Position numbers and translations under genes: made by a program. Below the pieces are notes generated by a model. It ran no database searches and was not told the DNA's origin. It saw nothing but the letters and a program-made list of their open reading frames with translations. From positions 248,001 through 312,000 of the IMG/VR virus record IMGVR_UViG_3300002143_000235: 64,000 bases of DNA. One strand, 5' to 3'. Shown here in pieces: positions 49,256 to 59,206 of the stretch (the first letter of the stretch is position 1; the number at the start of each line of letters is the position of its first letter).

Positions 49256-49966
49256 ATGAATATTCCAATCACTAAAGAGCAACATGAACGATTTGCTGAC
49301 GTTCATAAATATGATCTTATTTTTGGATCACGATTATTCGGTGTACATAGAGAAGATTCAGATTTTGATATAATTTCACTCTATAAATACGAAGATGTTT
49401 TCGGACCAAAAATATATTATCATAGTCTTCCAAATATTCATTCATTTAAATATGAGGATACAGAAAAAAATGAGGATCGTATTTACATGACTTACGAGCA
49501 GTTTTGGAAAGCTTTCTATGATGGTGATGGTACAATGTATGCAGATATTATCTTGTTTGGTGATTATTTTGCTCTGGATGCACTCAAACTATGTAGAGCA
49601 TATAAAGTTATTAAAGGTTATTGTGGTACAGCCAAACGCGATCTTTTAGCTGCTAAACGTTGCACACCAGAAGAACGAAAAAAGATTTTTCATCGTTCCG
49701 CAAAAAATCTTTATATTACTGGTTGTCTTATAGATAATGAATATCCAGATATTGAACACATCAGAAATGTTATATTTAAACAAGCAGAAGGTGTCACAAC
49801 ATCAATAGATACACTACTCAAAGTAGAAACATATCTGAGGGAGGAAGCCAATAAGCTCTTCAATTCACATGAGATTGAAAACTACCACATTCCGACAACT
49901 GACGATGAGCTGCTGAACATCATGCTCAGTGGTAACAACCTCAAAGAATACATCTTCAAGAAATAG
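49256..49966 (+). CDS. Pol-beta-superfamily nucleotidyltransferase (paralog of 42405..43205)
   Basis: FGSRLFGVHREDSDFD; KGYCGTAKRD parallels KAYLGMARRD. Confidence 0.78.
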   Translation: MNIPITKEQHERFADVHKYDLIFGSRLFGVHREDSDFDIISLYKYEDVFGPKIYYHSLPNIHSFKYEDTEKNEDRIYMTYEQFWKAFYDGDGTMYADIILFGDYFALDALKLCRAYKVIKGYCGTAKRDLLAAKRCTPEERKKIFHRSAKNLYITGCLIDNEYPDIEHIRNVIFKQAEGVTTSIDTLLKVETYLREEANKLFNSHEIENYHIPTTDDELLNIMLSGNNLKEYIFKK

Positions 49967-49998
49967 AAAAGGACCTCAATTGAGGTCCTTTTCTTTTT
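49966..49998. terminator. Bidirectional terminator
   Basis: GAAAAGGACCTCAA/TTGAGGTCCTTTTC between convergent genes. Confidence 0.75.
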
Positions 49999-50413
49999 GT
50001 GATGAGAACCAAATCTCACCAGTTAATTCATCCATTACATGTATGCGATCATCATTGTGTGGTGATGGAAAACAATATTCCTTTGTAAAGGGAAGGTTTT
50101 TAGAACCAAGAATACAAATCTCACCAGTTGTATCATCGAACACAACATAGTCTTTATAATCAGTAATTAATTCTGAAATTTGTTTCTGTGCTTCTTCCAC
50201 AGACAATCCATTTGTTGGAATAGTGTAGATTCGATGAATTGTTGATCCTGGATAATTTACCATCAATCTTGGATCAAACATGGGTTTGAATCTGAATGTC
50301 CCATCATCATTCATTGGATAGAATGATGATAGATCAGGATTTAGAAGCCGATAGATTTCCATTCGAATACATTCAAACGTCAATCTCAATTTGAAGATCA
50401 AGTTACTGCGCAT
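49976..50413 (-). CDS. Hypothetical protein
   Basis: Last gene of the minus-strand run. Confidence 0.55.
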   Translation of the reverse strand: MRSNLIFKLRLTFECIRMEIYRLLNPDLSSFYPMNDDGTFRFKPMFDPRLMVNYPGSTIHRIYTIPTNGLSVEEAQKQISELITDYKDYVVFDDTTGEICILGSKNLPFTKEYCFPSPHNDDRIHVMDELTGEIWFSSQKEKDLN

Positions 50414-51461
50414 TGAACAAGCGTGATCCTTTTTTCTTCTTCTTCATGTCGTACTCATGCACTTTAACAATTGCACCATCAAGTGTTTGAAGATTTAATT
50501 TGTTAATTGGTTTAATATAAATGTCATTTACTAATTCTGGTGAATGTGAACCAGTAATATCACTTTTCCAAAAATCAAACTTGAATAAGAACCCAATTAA
50601 ATATGGATCTTTTTTATTGTCAACTACTGCATACATATCAGTTTCCTGACGATTTTTTGTAATTTTCAAGTTTGTATCAGAAGTAGATTTCACATCAATG
50701 TTGTAATGTTTACCATTCTTGTGAACAACAATATCAATACCTAAATCATCGCCAGCAACCCAATCCATTGTAACATCTTCTCCATCTTTTAAAAGATTTA
50801 AATAGATCATGATTTGTGCATAAAGCCCAGTTGCAATGTTTTTGATTTTAGTTTTTGTTGAACGTTGCGTTGTATCAGCAAAACGTTTGTGAAATTCTTC
50901 AGCGTATTTTTGACAAATATCTTTGATTTCTTTTTTACTATAGTGTGGTAAACATGTTACAAATACATCGCTTACCAATTGTTTTTTATTTTTACTGTAT
51001 TTGTTTGGTAAATCTTTATTCCAAAAGTAAGTTGAGTGTCCGTTACGTCCACGTGACGCATTGTGGACAAAATCGTGTGCGCTGATCATAGCAAGAAATG
51101 CTATATCTTTACTAACATCGTCATAAAAATAAAGTGGACATTCAATAAGATCTACAATTTGATGATCTTCTAATCCTGTAAGCCATGTATGATCATTTGA
51201 ATTAAGTGCACTTTTAACAACATTTAAGTAAGCATTGTTCCATGTGATTGTATTCATTGATGAAAATATCGGAAGGATGACACGTACAGGTTTATTGTCA
51301 ATAGTGATAACAAAAAGCGTTTCACATAAACCGTTGCGGTATTCGTTGCTGAATGTCAGCTTGTATCCTTTTGTTAGATCATTTTTATAACATTTTAAAA
51401 TATTTATAAAATTTTGATCCGCTAGGATTTGATCAACAATTGATAATTTTGTTGTTGTCAT
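50403..51461 (-). CDS. Protein with C-terminal PD-(D/E)xK nuclease-like domain
   Basis: GLYAQ...DLGIDIVV...NIDVKST. Confidence 0.55.
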   Translation of the reverse strand: MTTTKLSIVDQILADQNFINILKCYKNDLTKGYKLTFSNEYRNGLCETLFVITIDNKPVRVILPIFSSMNTITWNNAYLNVVKSALNSNDHTWLTGLEDHQIVDLIECPLYFYDDVSKDIAFLAMISAHDFVHNASRGRNGHSTYFWNKDLPNKYSKNKKQLVSDVFVTCLPHYSKKEIKDICQKYAEEFHKRFADTTQRSTKTKIKNIATGLYAQIMIYLNLLKDGEDVTMDWVAGDDLGIDIVVHKNGKHYNIDVKSTSDTNLKITKNRQETDMYAVVDNKKDPYLIGFLFKFDFWKSDITGSHSPELVNDIYIKPINKLNLQTLDGAIVKVHEYDMKKKKKGSRLFNAQ

Positions 51462-52079
51462 TACTATTTATCTCCGTCGACGAAGATTTTACATCCGTCT
51501 GTTTTTTTCTAATTGTACACGAAATTCCTCTATTTGTTTGGAATATTCTGTTTGTGTTTTTTCCCAAATTAAAGGAAAAAATGATTCTAAACGCTTTGTT
51601 ACATTTGCAGCAATAAGTTGGTTCACTTGGTTATATACAAATGCATAGATTTCAACTGGTATTGTTGATGAGAAAGATGGATCATGAATATTATCATTCA
51701 TATATTGACAGAACAAATTATTTACAGCATTCATTCTTCTGTGTCTTTATGTTTTGTTGGATTACGTTTTGAATTTTCTTCAGTATTTTCCTCTTCTGTT
51801 TGACAAAACAATTTAAACACTTTACCAGTATTTGGGCAAGTGAACTGTATAAAATTATTATCTGGTGAATTAATTAATTCAAAACTGATTGCATCATTGT
51901 TGTTGATGTCCTTGTAAAGAAGAACATCCTCATCATTATCAAAACGCACATAAACATTATATGTGCCTGATTTTGCACGTTCTTCTTCCTTTTTTTGTTC
52001 AGGACTTTTATAATTTCCTATTAGATCATCGAAAAGACTCATACCAAAACATTTTCAAATTTATAGAGTCTAAAACTCA

Positions 52080-53720
52080 TTAATCTATATATTGAACAGC
52101 ATCTAATACCCATTTTGGAAAATAATGACTATTCCAACGAAGAAGATCTGCAAAACAACCATCAAGAACATATGTTGATGCATGATCATCCATACTTCTA
52201 ATTGATCGTCCATATGATTGAACTACATCCCTTACTGTAGCTAAAGGATAATATTCTTTCATTGTATCCATACGCTTTTTGATCTTTTTAGATCCAAGGT
52301 TTGGATACGGTATTTTTAATATTGTTTGATGTCTGGATAAATCATCGGATAAATCTACACCAACCATCATAGATGGTGATACAAGTACTGTTGGTTCATC
52401 AATTGTCTGATGTTGTTGAAGTATTTCTGATCTGTTTGATGAATCGTGTGCAAGCATTCTGTTTGAATCAAATGCTTCGCTTACCCAACGTTGAAGTTCG
52501 TAATTTGCAGTATGAATAATGCCTTTCTCTTTTGCATGTCGCTTCATGATTTTCTTAAGAACCTCAAGCTGCTTGGGCCAGACAATTTCTTTTGTTTTAA
52601 ATGTTTGTTTACCAACATTTTTAAAAAAATAAATTGGTCTATTTGCTACAGGAAAAGGTGAATCAATACAAATATAATCAGCCATACTAGCATCAATACC
52701 ATTCATTTTTGAAAATGCAATCTTGTCTAAAATTGTACCAGACATAAAAATAATATAATCGTATCGACTCCAAACATATTCATCAAGATATGGATATGCC
52801 CAAACTGGTTGTGCTGTCATCTCTACATATTCATCACTAACACCACCACCTTTACTAAATTTTTTAATACGTTCAGCTTCTAAGATCCAATTGTCTTTTG
52901 TTTTTTCAAATTGTTCAGAAAGTGAATCCCATTTCATCATATTGTTTCCAAGTGATTGAATTGTATTTAACGCTTCCATACTACCTTCTTCGGCTTCACG
53001 TGATAAACGATTCATTACTGATTTAGCAATATTCAAAAAAGGCTCTTTAACAATTTCAATGAATTCTTCAATTAAAAGATCTTCAGGATAGTCACCAAAT
53101 AATGCCATTGCTCGGTGTGTGTCATCATCAGTAAAGCCATTTCTTTTGAGTAATGGTTTACTTATTTTTGTTGTAATAAAGTCTGCGAATACATTTTCAA
53201 AGTCGTGCGCCTCATCAATAATAAGAACACGTGATTGTCTTTTCCAAGCCATAGGCATGAAGACTTTGTATGTTAAAAATAAATGAAAATTAGTTAATGC
53301 AACATCACCATTTTCAAACTTATACTTTGCTTCTTTATACGGACAATTTTCACATTGAACACCCTGTATTTTACACCAATCCATTCCAGATCCACAGTCT
53401 GTATTGAAAGTTTCACAAGAATAAGATCCTTTTCCCCATAATGAATTCATGAAGTCAAAATCGTTTGTATATTGTTCTTGAAGAATTTTAGAATTTGTTA
53501 AAATATCAAAGTTTGCTGAAATATCATACTCTTTCTTAAACCAATCCATAAACATTACAGAATAGTACGACTTACCAATACCAACAGGTGCATCAATAAG
53601 AATAAATTTTTTATTATTCATAATTGCTTGTTTGGTAAAATTAAGCAATTCTGTTTGCTGTGGTCTTGGGTTTTTACTGAGCTTGATGCGCTCTATATTG
53701 TAGATGGAAACGTCTTTCAT
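52080..53720 (-). CDS. DinG/YoaA-like SF2 helicase
   Basis: PRPQQ, APVGIGKS, four-Cys cluster, IIDEAH, MSGT, SPFPVANRP, KIPYP, QSYGRSIRS..D; likely start ATG 53720. Confidence 0.88.
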   Translation of the reverse strand: MKDVSIYNIERIKLSKNPRPQQTELLNFTKQAIMNNKKFILIDAPVGIGKSYYSVMFMDWFKKEYDISANFDILTNSKILQEQYTNDFDFMNSLWGKGSYSCETFNTDCGSGMDWCKIQGVQCENCPYKEAKYKFENGDVALTNFHLFLTYKVFMPMAWKRQSRVLIIDEAHDFENVFADFITTKISKPLLKRNGFTDDDTHRAMALFGDYPEDLLIEEFIEIVKEPFLNIAKSVMNRLSREAEEGSMEALNTIQSLGNNMMKWDSLSEQFEKTKDNWILEAERIKKFSKGGGVSDEYVEMTAQPVWAYPYLDEYVWSRYDYIIFMSGTILDKIAFSKMNGIDASMADYICIDSPFPVANRPIYFFKNVGKQTFKTKEIVWPKQLEVLKKIMKRHAKEKGIIHTANYELQRWVSEAFDSNRMLAHDSSNRSEILQQHQTIDEPTVLVSPSMMVGVDLSDDLSRHQTILKIPYPNLGSKKIKKRMDTMKEYYPLATVRDVVQSYGRSIRSMDDHASTYVLDGCFADLLRWNSHYFPKWVLDAVQYID

Positions 53721-54109
53721 ACAATCTTTTATCTGAAAAAGATTAAAGTGTTTAAAAAATAGAGAAAAGAAAAGAATTAAAAAATGTGCCACATATGTAT
53801 TATATGCATACACATGAGAAATATTAAATTATTTACGACCTACTATACTTGTTTTTTTAACTTTAAAAGGTGGTTGACCATAATATGGACTTGATTCCTC
53901 CATTTCAACTGTTACACTATCTTTTCCAGAATTCGTAACTATTACTGATACAACGTCTTCTGTAATTGGATGATGAACAAATACTATATCACCTGCAGAA
54001 AGTTTCATTCCTTCATATAAAGCTAAGAGTCTATCTTTACCATAAATGTGTATCATATGCTTCTATATATCAAAAAAACAATGTATCATTGCAACATTCA
54101 AAAGATTAT

Positions 54110-54559
54110 ATGAAAGGCGTTATACTAGGAGTTAATCTCCATGATTACAAGACAGAATTAAAAACTGGTGAATTAGTTTGTATAGACAACGAGTTTTACA
54201 AATTAGAAAAAATTGATCCTACATTTGGAGATGTTAAATATTTTGTAAATTCAAAAATTAACAACGAACCAATGAATTTTGAAAGAAGTGAAATATCGAA
54301 AGCTACAATACAGATTTTTGATTCATTGATTTATTATGGTGAAGGCAAACAAGTACGTATTGGATATTTATCGCCATCAGATATTCGAAATATGCGTGCT
54401 AAAACAGTTATTGAAATGGATCTTCCATCTTCAGAAATTGATAATATACACGATGTAGATCTTATTGGACATGAATTTGATGGTAATGTATTAATCAAAC
54501 AAGAACAAGATTACGAATTTATTACACATCCTGTTGCTTATTTTAAAGTTTTAACATGA
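54110..54559 (+). CDS. Hypothetical protein
   Basis: ORF track 53966..54559; likely start MKGVILG. Confidence 0.55.
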   Translation: MKGVILGVNLHDYKTELKTGELVCIDNEFYKLEKIDPTFGDVKYFVNSKINNEPMNFERSEISKATIQIFDSLIYYGEGKQVRIGYLSPSDIRNMRAKTVIEMDLPSSEIDNIHDVDLIGHEFDGNVLIKQEQDYEFITHPVAYFKVLT

Positions 54560-54815
54560 TAATAGTAACAATTAGTGCGTGTATATTAATAATCGTTGGA
54601 ATTATTATAATGATGTCATATCTTCACCGTAAGGAAATTAAATTCTTTGAGGATGCAGAACGTATGGAAATTCTTTTAAAGACGAATAACATCACCTATG
54701 ACGCTGCTATTGAAGATTTGAACAAACTTAGGAAAAATGTTAAGAACCGCGACGAACGTCACAGGTACTATCAGATTGTGAAACTCATTGAACTCAAATT
54801 CAATACTGACATTGT

Positions 54816-55670
54816 ATGAAAATTAGAACTGATATTAATGCTAACTATAAAGCGGTATTCTTCAACTATAAAACAGTTAGGATGCGTATCGATAATTCCA
54901 AACCAATTACTGCTCCAAAACATCCAGAAATTGAAGATGTTGCAATCAATTCAAAATGTCTTGCTGCTTGTTCATACTGTTACACATCAGCTCTCAAAAC
55001 AGGTGTAAATTTTTCAGATATTGTAGGAAAGGCAACAGCTGTCTGGGGATCATTGAAACCAGAAGACAGACCGTTCCAGATTGCAATTGGTGGTGCAGGT
55101 GAATCAACAATGCATCCAGATTGGGTTGATTTTGTAAAACATGTAAGTGAGTTGGGTATTGTACCGAATTATACAACAAATGGTATGCACCTCACACCTG
55201 AAGTTCTTGAAGCTACAGAAAAGTATTGTGGTGGTGTTGCATTAAGTTATCATCCACATATCAAAAAAGTATTCACTGAAGCAATGGATAAATTGAAGCA
55301 GATTGATACTAAATTGAATACACATGTAATTATTGGTGATAAACAATCTTTGCTTGACTTACAAAACATTTTTGATACGTATAAAGACGATATGGATTAC
55401 TTTGTAGTTCTTCCATATCAAGCTGCAGGTCGAGCTAAAGAAATTGATACAACAGAAACTTGGAAAGAATTGTTTCTCTGGATTGAAACTTTATCTGACG
55501 AACGCAAGAATCAATTTGCATTTGGTGCGCTTTTTTACGAATACCTGTTAATAAACAAACCAGGATTTGAAATTAATATCTATGAGCCTGAAATCTATTC
55601 TGGTTACAGACTTATGGATAATACATTTAACACATTAAGAAAATCGAGTTATGACCTCACAGAAAAATAA
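54816..55670 (+). CDS. Radical SAM enzyme
   Basis: CLAACSYCY (CxxxCxxC), QIAIGGAGESTMHPD, PNYTTNG. Confidence 0.9.
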   Translation: MKIRTDINANYKAVFFNYKTVRMRIDNSKPITAPKHPEIEDVAINSKCLAACSYCYTSALKTGVNFSDIVGKATAVWGSLKPEDRPFQIAIGGAGESTMHPDWVDFVKHVSELGIVPNYTTNGMHLTPEVLEATEKYCGGVALSYHPHIKKVFTEAMDKLKQIDTKLNTHVIIGDKQSLLDLQNIFDTYKDDMDYFVVLPYQAAGRAKEIDTTETWKELFLWIETLSDERKNQFAFGALFYEYLLINKPGFEINIYEPEIYSGYRLMDNTFNTLRKSSYDLTEK

Positions 55671-56058
55671 AGTACTTGCTTTCATTCGAATTGATTCGAT
55701 AATTGACATCATTACAAATTCTAGTTCAGAACTTTTTGTTATTGAGAACAAAATGGCAATTCCTATTTTAGTTGAAATGACAAACTCAGTGCTTTCAGGT
55801 ACCGGTTTCTCTATCACTGAATCATGTGTGGAAAAACGCCTTGTTCAAGATCAACAAGATCACGAAACAGAATGGAAAATTAATGAAGCTCTTGTTTTGT
55901 TTCCTGAACATGTTCGTGAAGAACTAAAAGCAAAGTATTTGACAGAACCAAACTGGTATGGTATTTCATTTGATCGTGATGATATTTATCGAAACAATGA
56001 TGATATAAGAGGAAAATTAATAAGTATCGGTTATGAACTTATTGATACTGACTATTAA
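55651..56058 (+). CDS. DIITNSSSE-motif protein
   Basis: N-terminal IDSIIDIITNSSSELFVI; overlaps the radical SAM stop. Confidence 0.7.
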   Translation: MTSQKNKVLAFIRIDSIIDIITNSSSELFVIENKMAIPILVEMTNSVLSGTGFSITESCVEKRLVQDQQDHETEWKINEALVLFPEHVREELKAKYLTEPNWYGISFDRDDIYRNNDDIRGKLISIGYELIDTDY

Positions 56059-56897
56059 ATAACAAACAAATATGGGATTTTCATATCACAAAACAAAGGA
56101 CGACTATTTTATCACAATTAATGATAAACCTTTCACTGATTATCATCCAAACGATGTAGCTTCATTGATTAATAGTCTTCCTGAAGATCAAAAAGTCATT
56201 GTAAAGGAAATGATTCGTCAAAAACCAGAGCATATGTATGAAGATATGACTGGTGTTGAACTACCTGATGATTATGCTGTTGCTTATGGACGACCGTCTA
56301 TATCTGAAGTACCATTCATGGGTTCTGAAAATGATGGTTATCCATATCTTCCGGGTCATAATCCTATGTGTAATGGAAAACCATATCATAATGGTATGTG
56401 TAAATGTAAGTACACAGAGTGGAATATGCCTGATGGTAAAGTAGACCGATTTCATACACAAATGTGGCCAGGTGGGCCATGTATCGATGATTTTGATATG
56501 TAAATTATGAATGTTCAATACAATAATACTAGAGAACTTGAACGATTTCTTCAACCGTTTGCTAAACTAGTATTGCTTAAGCGTGTTGGTAATCAAAAAA
56601 ATAATTCATATTTTTTAAATACTTTCAATCTAATCATTGAATTGAATAAAATAACATTTAAAGAGCATTTATACAGAAAAGATGCTTGGGGTCGTGGATA
56701 TTTTGGGACATGGTTAAAGGAACAATGTAAAACTGTAGGTTATCATTGTCATATAATTGATTTTAAACCATGTGAGGGTAATAAAAATCCCATCACTGGT
56801 GATAACTTAATATTTAGTAAATTGATGAGTGATTACGAAACACCTAGTTCAGAATATTATAACAATGTAGAATTTCAAATTTCAAAAATAGAAAACA

Positions 56898-57425
56898 ATG
56901 AGTAAAACACTTTATATTTTTAATGTCGATAATGCGATTGACATCATTACAAATTCAAGCTCTGAACTTTTCATTTTAAATGGTCAAAGCACAGAAATGG
57001 TCAATCAAATGATTGAATCAGTGTATCCAGACTATAGATCTGAATACGAAGAAGTTGTTGCATTAAAAAATGCTTCACCAGATCAAATCAATACATACAT
57101 TTCATGGATTGAAGATCCATGGCATAGTAATTATAATCGTGATCGTAATTTAACAGAAAAAGAAAAACGAGCTAAAGAAATTAAAACTGCTGAGGATAAA
57201 GCTTTAAAATTTGGAATGAAACCAGGTCTTTTCTATTCCAATTGGAATGAACGTAACAAAGATGGTTGGTGGTTTATTAATATTTCTGATCGAGGTCTTC
57301 GTAAAGCGGCTGAAATGTTAGATCCAAATGGAACTATCTTTATGTTATTTTCATTTGATGAGAATCCTAACTGGGACTATCAAGAAAAGTTGATGGATAT
57401 TGGACAACGCCATCACTTAGGATAA
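56898..57425 (+). CDS. DIITNSSSE-motif protein (second copy)
   Basis: N-terminal VDNAIDIITNSSSELFIL. Confidence 0.7.
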   Translation: MSKTLYIFNVDNAIDIITNSSSELFILNGQSTEMVNQMIESVYPDYRSEYEEVVALKNASPDQINTYISWIEDPWHSNYNRDRNLTEKEKRAKEIKTAEDKALKFGMKPGLFYSNWNERNKDGWWFINISDRGLRKAAEMLDPNGTIFMLFSFDENPNWDYQEKLMDIGQRHHLG

Positions 57426-57569
57426 TGGCATATTTACCATGTGACTGGTGTGGAAAAATAACTGACACACAAGGAAGTTGGGATACACTAATAACAATTA
57501 TATGTGGGCCATGCTATGATAAACGTGAAGCAAAAAAACAAAATAATACTACAGATAAAAAATCTACAA

Positions 57570-57821
57570 ATGAACACATATCCAGTAATCAACGGAATAT
57601 ATCAACATTACAAAGGAGGAATCTATAAGGTACTGTTTCTCTCAAAACATACAGAGACTGAAGAGGTTATGGTAAATTACAAATCATTGCTCTTTGGTAG
57701 TTTTCATTCTCGTCCAATAGATAAATGGTTGGAAGAATTGGAAAAAGACAAACAGTCGGAGGTTCAAAAATCTCGTTTTTTGCTTATTAATGATCCAAAA
57801 GAATACGAGCCATGCGTATAA
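57570..57821 (+). CDS. DUF1653-like protein
   Basis: GIYQHYKGGIYKVL...HTETEE.MV.YKSL.....SRP. Confidence 0.75.
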   Translation: MNTYPVINGIYQHYKGGIYKVLFLSKHTETEEVMVNYKSLLFGSFHSRPIDKWLEELEKDKQSEVQKSRFLLINDPKEYEPCV

Positions 57822-58408
57822 ACCGTGTGAGTCCGTTGAATCCAATGCCGTCAGATATTCCAGGTAAAGGACATCCAGGAGGCTTTGGTACACCAAGAAA
57901 GTTTGATATCCATACAGGAATTGATCTTTATTGTGAAAACAATGCCGACGTGTTTGCTATTGAACATGGAACAGTTGTTGCCATTGTAGGATTTACTGGA
58001 CCATCAGCTGACTCTGCTTGGTGGAATGATACTGATGCAATCATTGTCAAGTCAAAGAAGGATGGAAAGTATATTGTTTATGGTGAAGTAATTGCATCAT
58101 GTAATGTAGGTGAAGAAGTAAAAGCGGGTAATTTAATTGGACGTGTTGTAACAGTCTTAAAGAAAGACAAGGGACTTCCAATGAATATGCTTCACCTGGA
58201 GTATTATGATACAGATTTCGATCTTGATCCGGTTGTGTGGAAACTTGATGAGTCACAACCGGAAACACTACTTCATCCGGGTCCGTTATTAGGGTTGTAT
58301 CCACTTATTGCAGAGACACCAAGACCATATCAGGAAATTGTGTTTGGAAGCACACCAGTTGGTATAGAACCACCATTTTCATCACATTATTATAAAAGAA
58401 AAATATGA
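57812..58408 (+). CDS. M23-family metallopeptidase
   Basis: HTGIDL, VFAIEHGTVV, VGEEVKAG..IG, MLHLEY. Confidence 0.8.
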   Translation: MRINRVSPLNPMPSDIPGKGHPGGFGTPRKFDIHTGIDLYCENNADVFAIEHGTVVAIVGFTGPSADSAWWNDTDAIIVKSKKDGKYIVYGEVIASCNVGEEVKAGNLIGRVVTVLKKDKGLPMNMLHLEYYDTDFDLDPVVWKLDESQPETLLHPGPLLGLYPLIAETPRPYQEIVFGSTPVGIEPPFSSHYYKRKI

Positions 58409-59170
58409 AAACAATTTACGAAAGAACAGCAGAGAATTGGTACATTGAACAATTACCAGAAGGAACCCGTGTTATATTCAAATTTAATCCTGACTGTCAA
58501 GGTCAAGGTGTTATTCGTGGAATAGTTAATGATAGTGTTCCACTTTTGGGTAAAAAATATATTGTTGAAGTTGAAACTATGCATAATAGTATAAATGAAA
58601 AGTTAAAACATAATTATACATGTTATGCCTTTTCTGAAGTTTTTTTACAAGTTATTTAATAAATTCAGTATGTCAGTAGCAACAACAATTAAAACAACAA
58701 TCACTAACATTGACGATCTTCCGCTTGAAGTCAAAAATGAACTGGTAGTTATTGCACAATTAACAGAAGATGAAGCAGATCAAATTTTTTCAGACTACGA
58801 TGAAGTTATAGAATTAATTCGTGAATGTGGTGATAGGAACGAGACAAAAGATTCTTGTTATATCTACAAAGAATGGACAATCGATACACCATCATTTTCG
58901 ATAACAGTATTCGGTAGTAATTACCTGAAAGATCGATGCATCTGTGATTTAGAAATGAATGATGAAATTCAGATTATAAATCTTCAGTTACAAAAAGAAA
59001 GACAACAATCAGATGCTGAACGACGCATTGCTAATAACCGATTATTGTGGGCACCAATTATAGAGGGTAAAACAACTGAAGAAATTTTAGATATCTTGCA
59101 GAATTTTACACCAAAAAAGAAATAAATTTAAACTTTTTTGAGTTTAATTTCTATAATCAATCCGGTGCAT

Positions 59171-59182
59171 GTATAATTGCAT
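59171..59182 (+). promoter_or_regulatory. Promoter-like 12-mer shared with the ncRNA array
   Basis: GTATAATTGCAT here and at 62427-62438. Confidence 0.55.
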
Positions 59183-59206
59183 CAATCCAAAAAATAAATT
59201 TACAAG

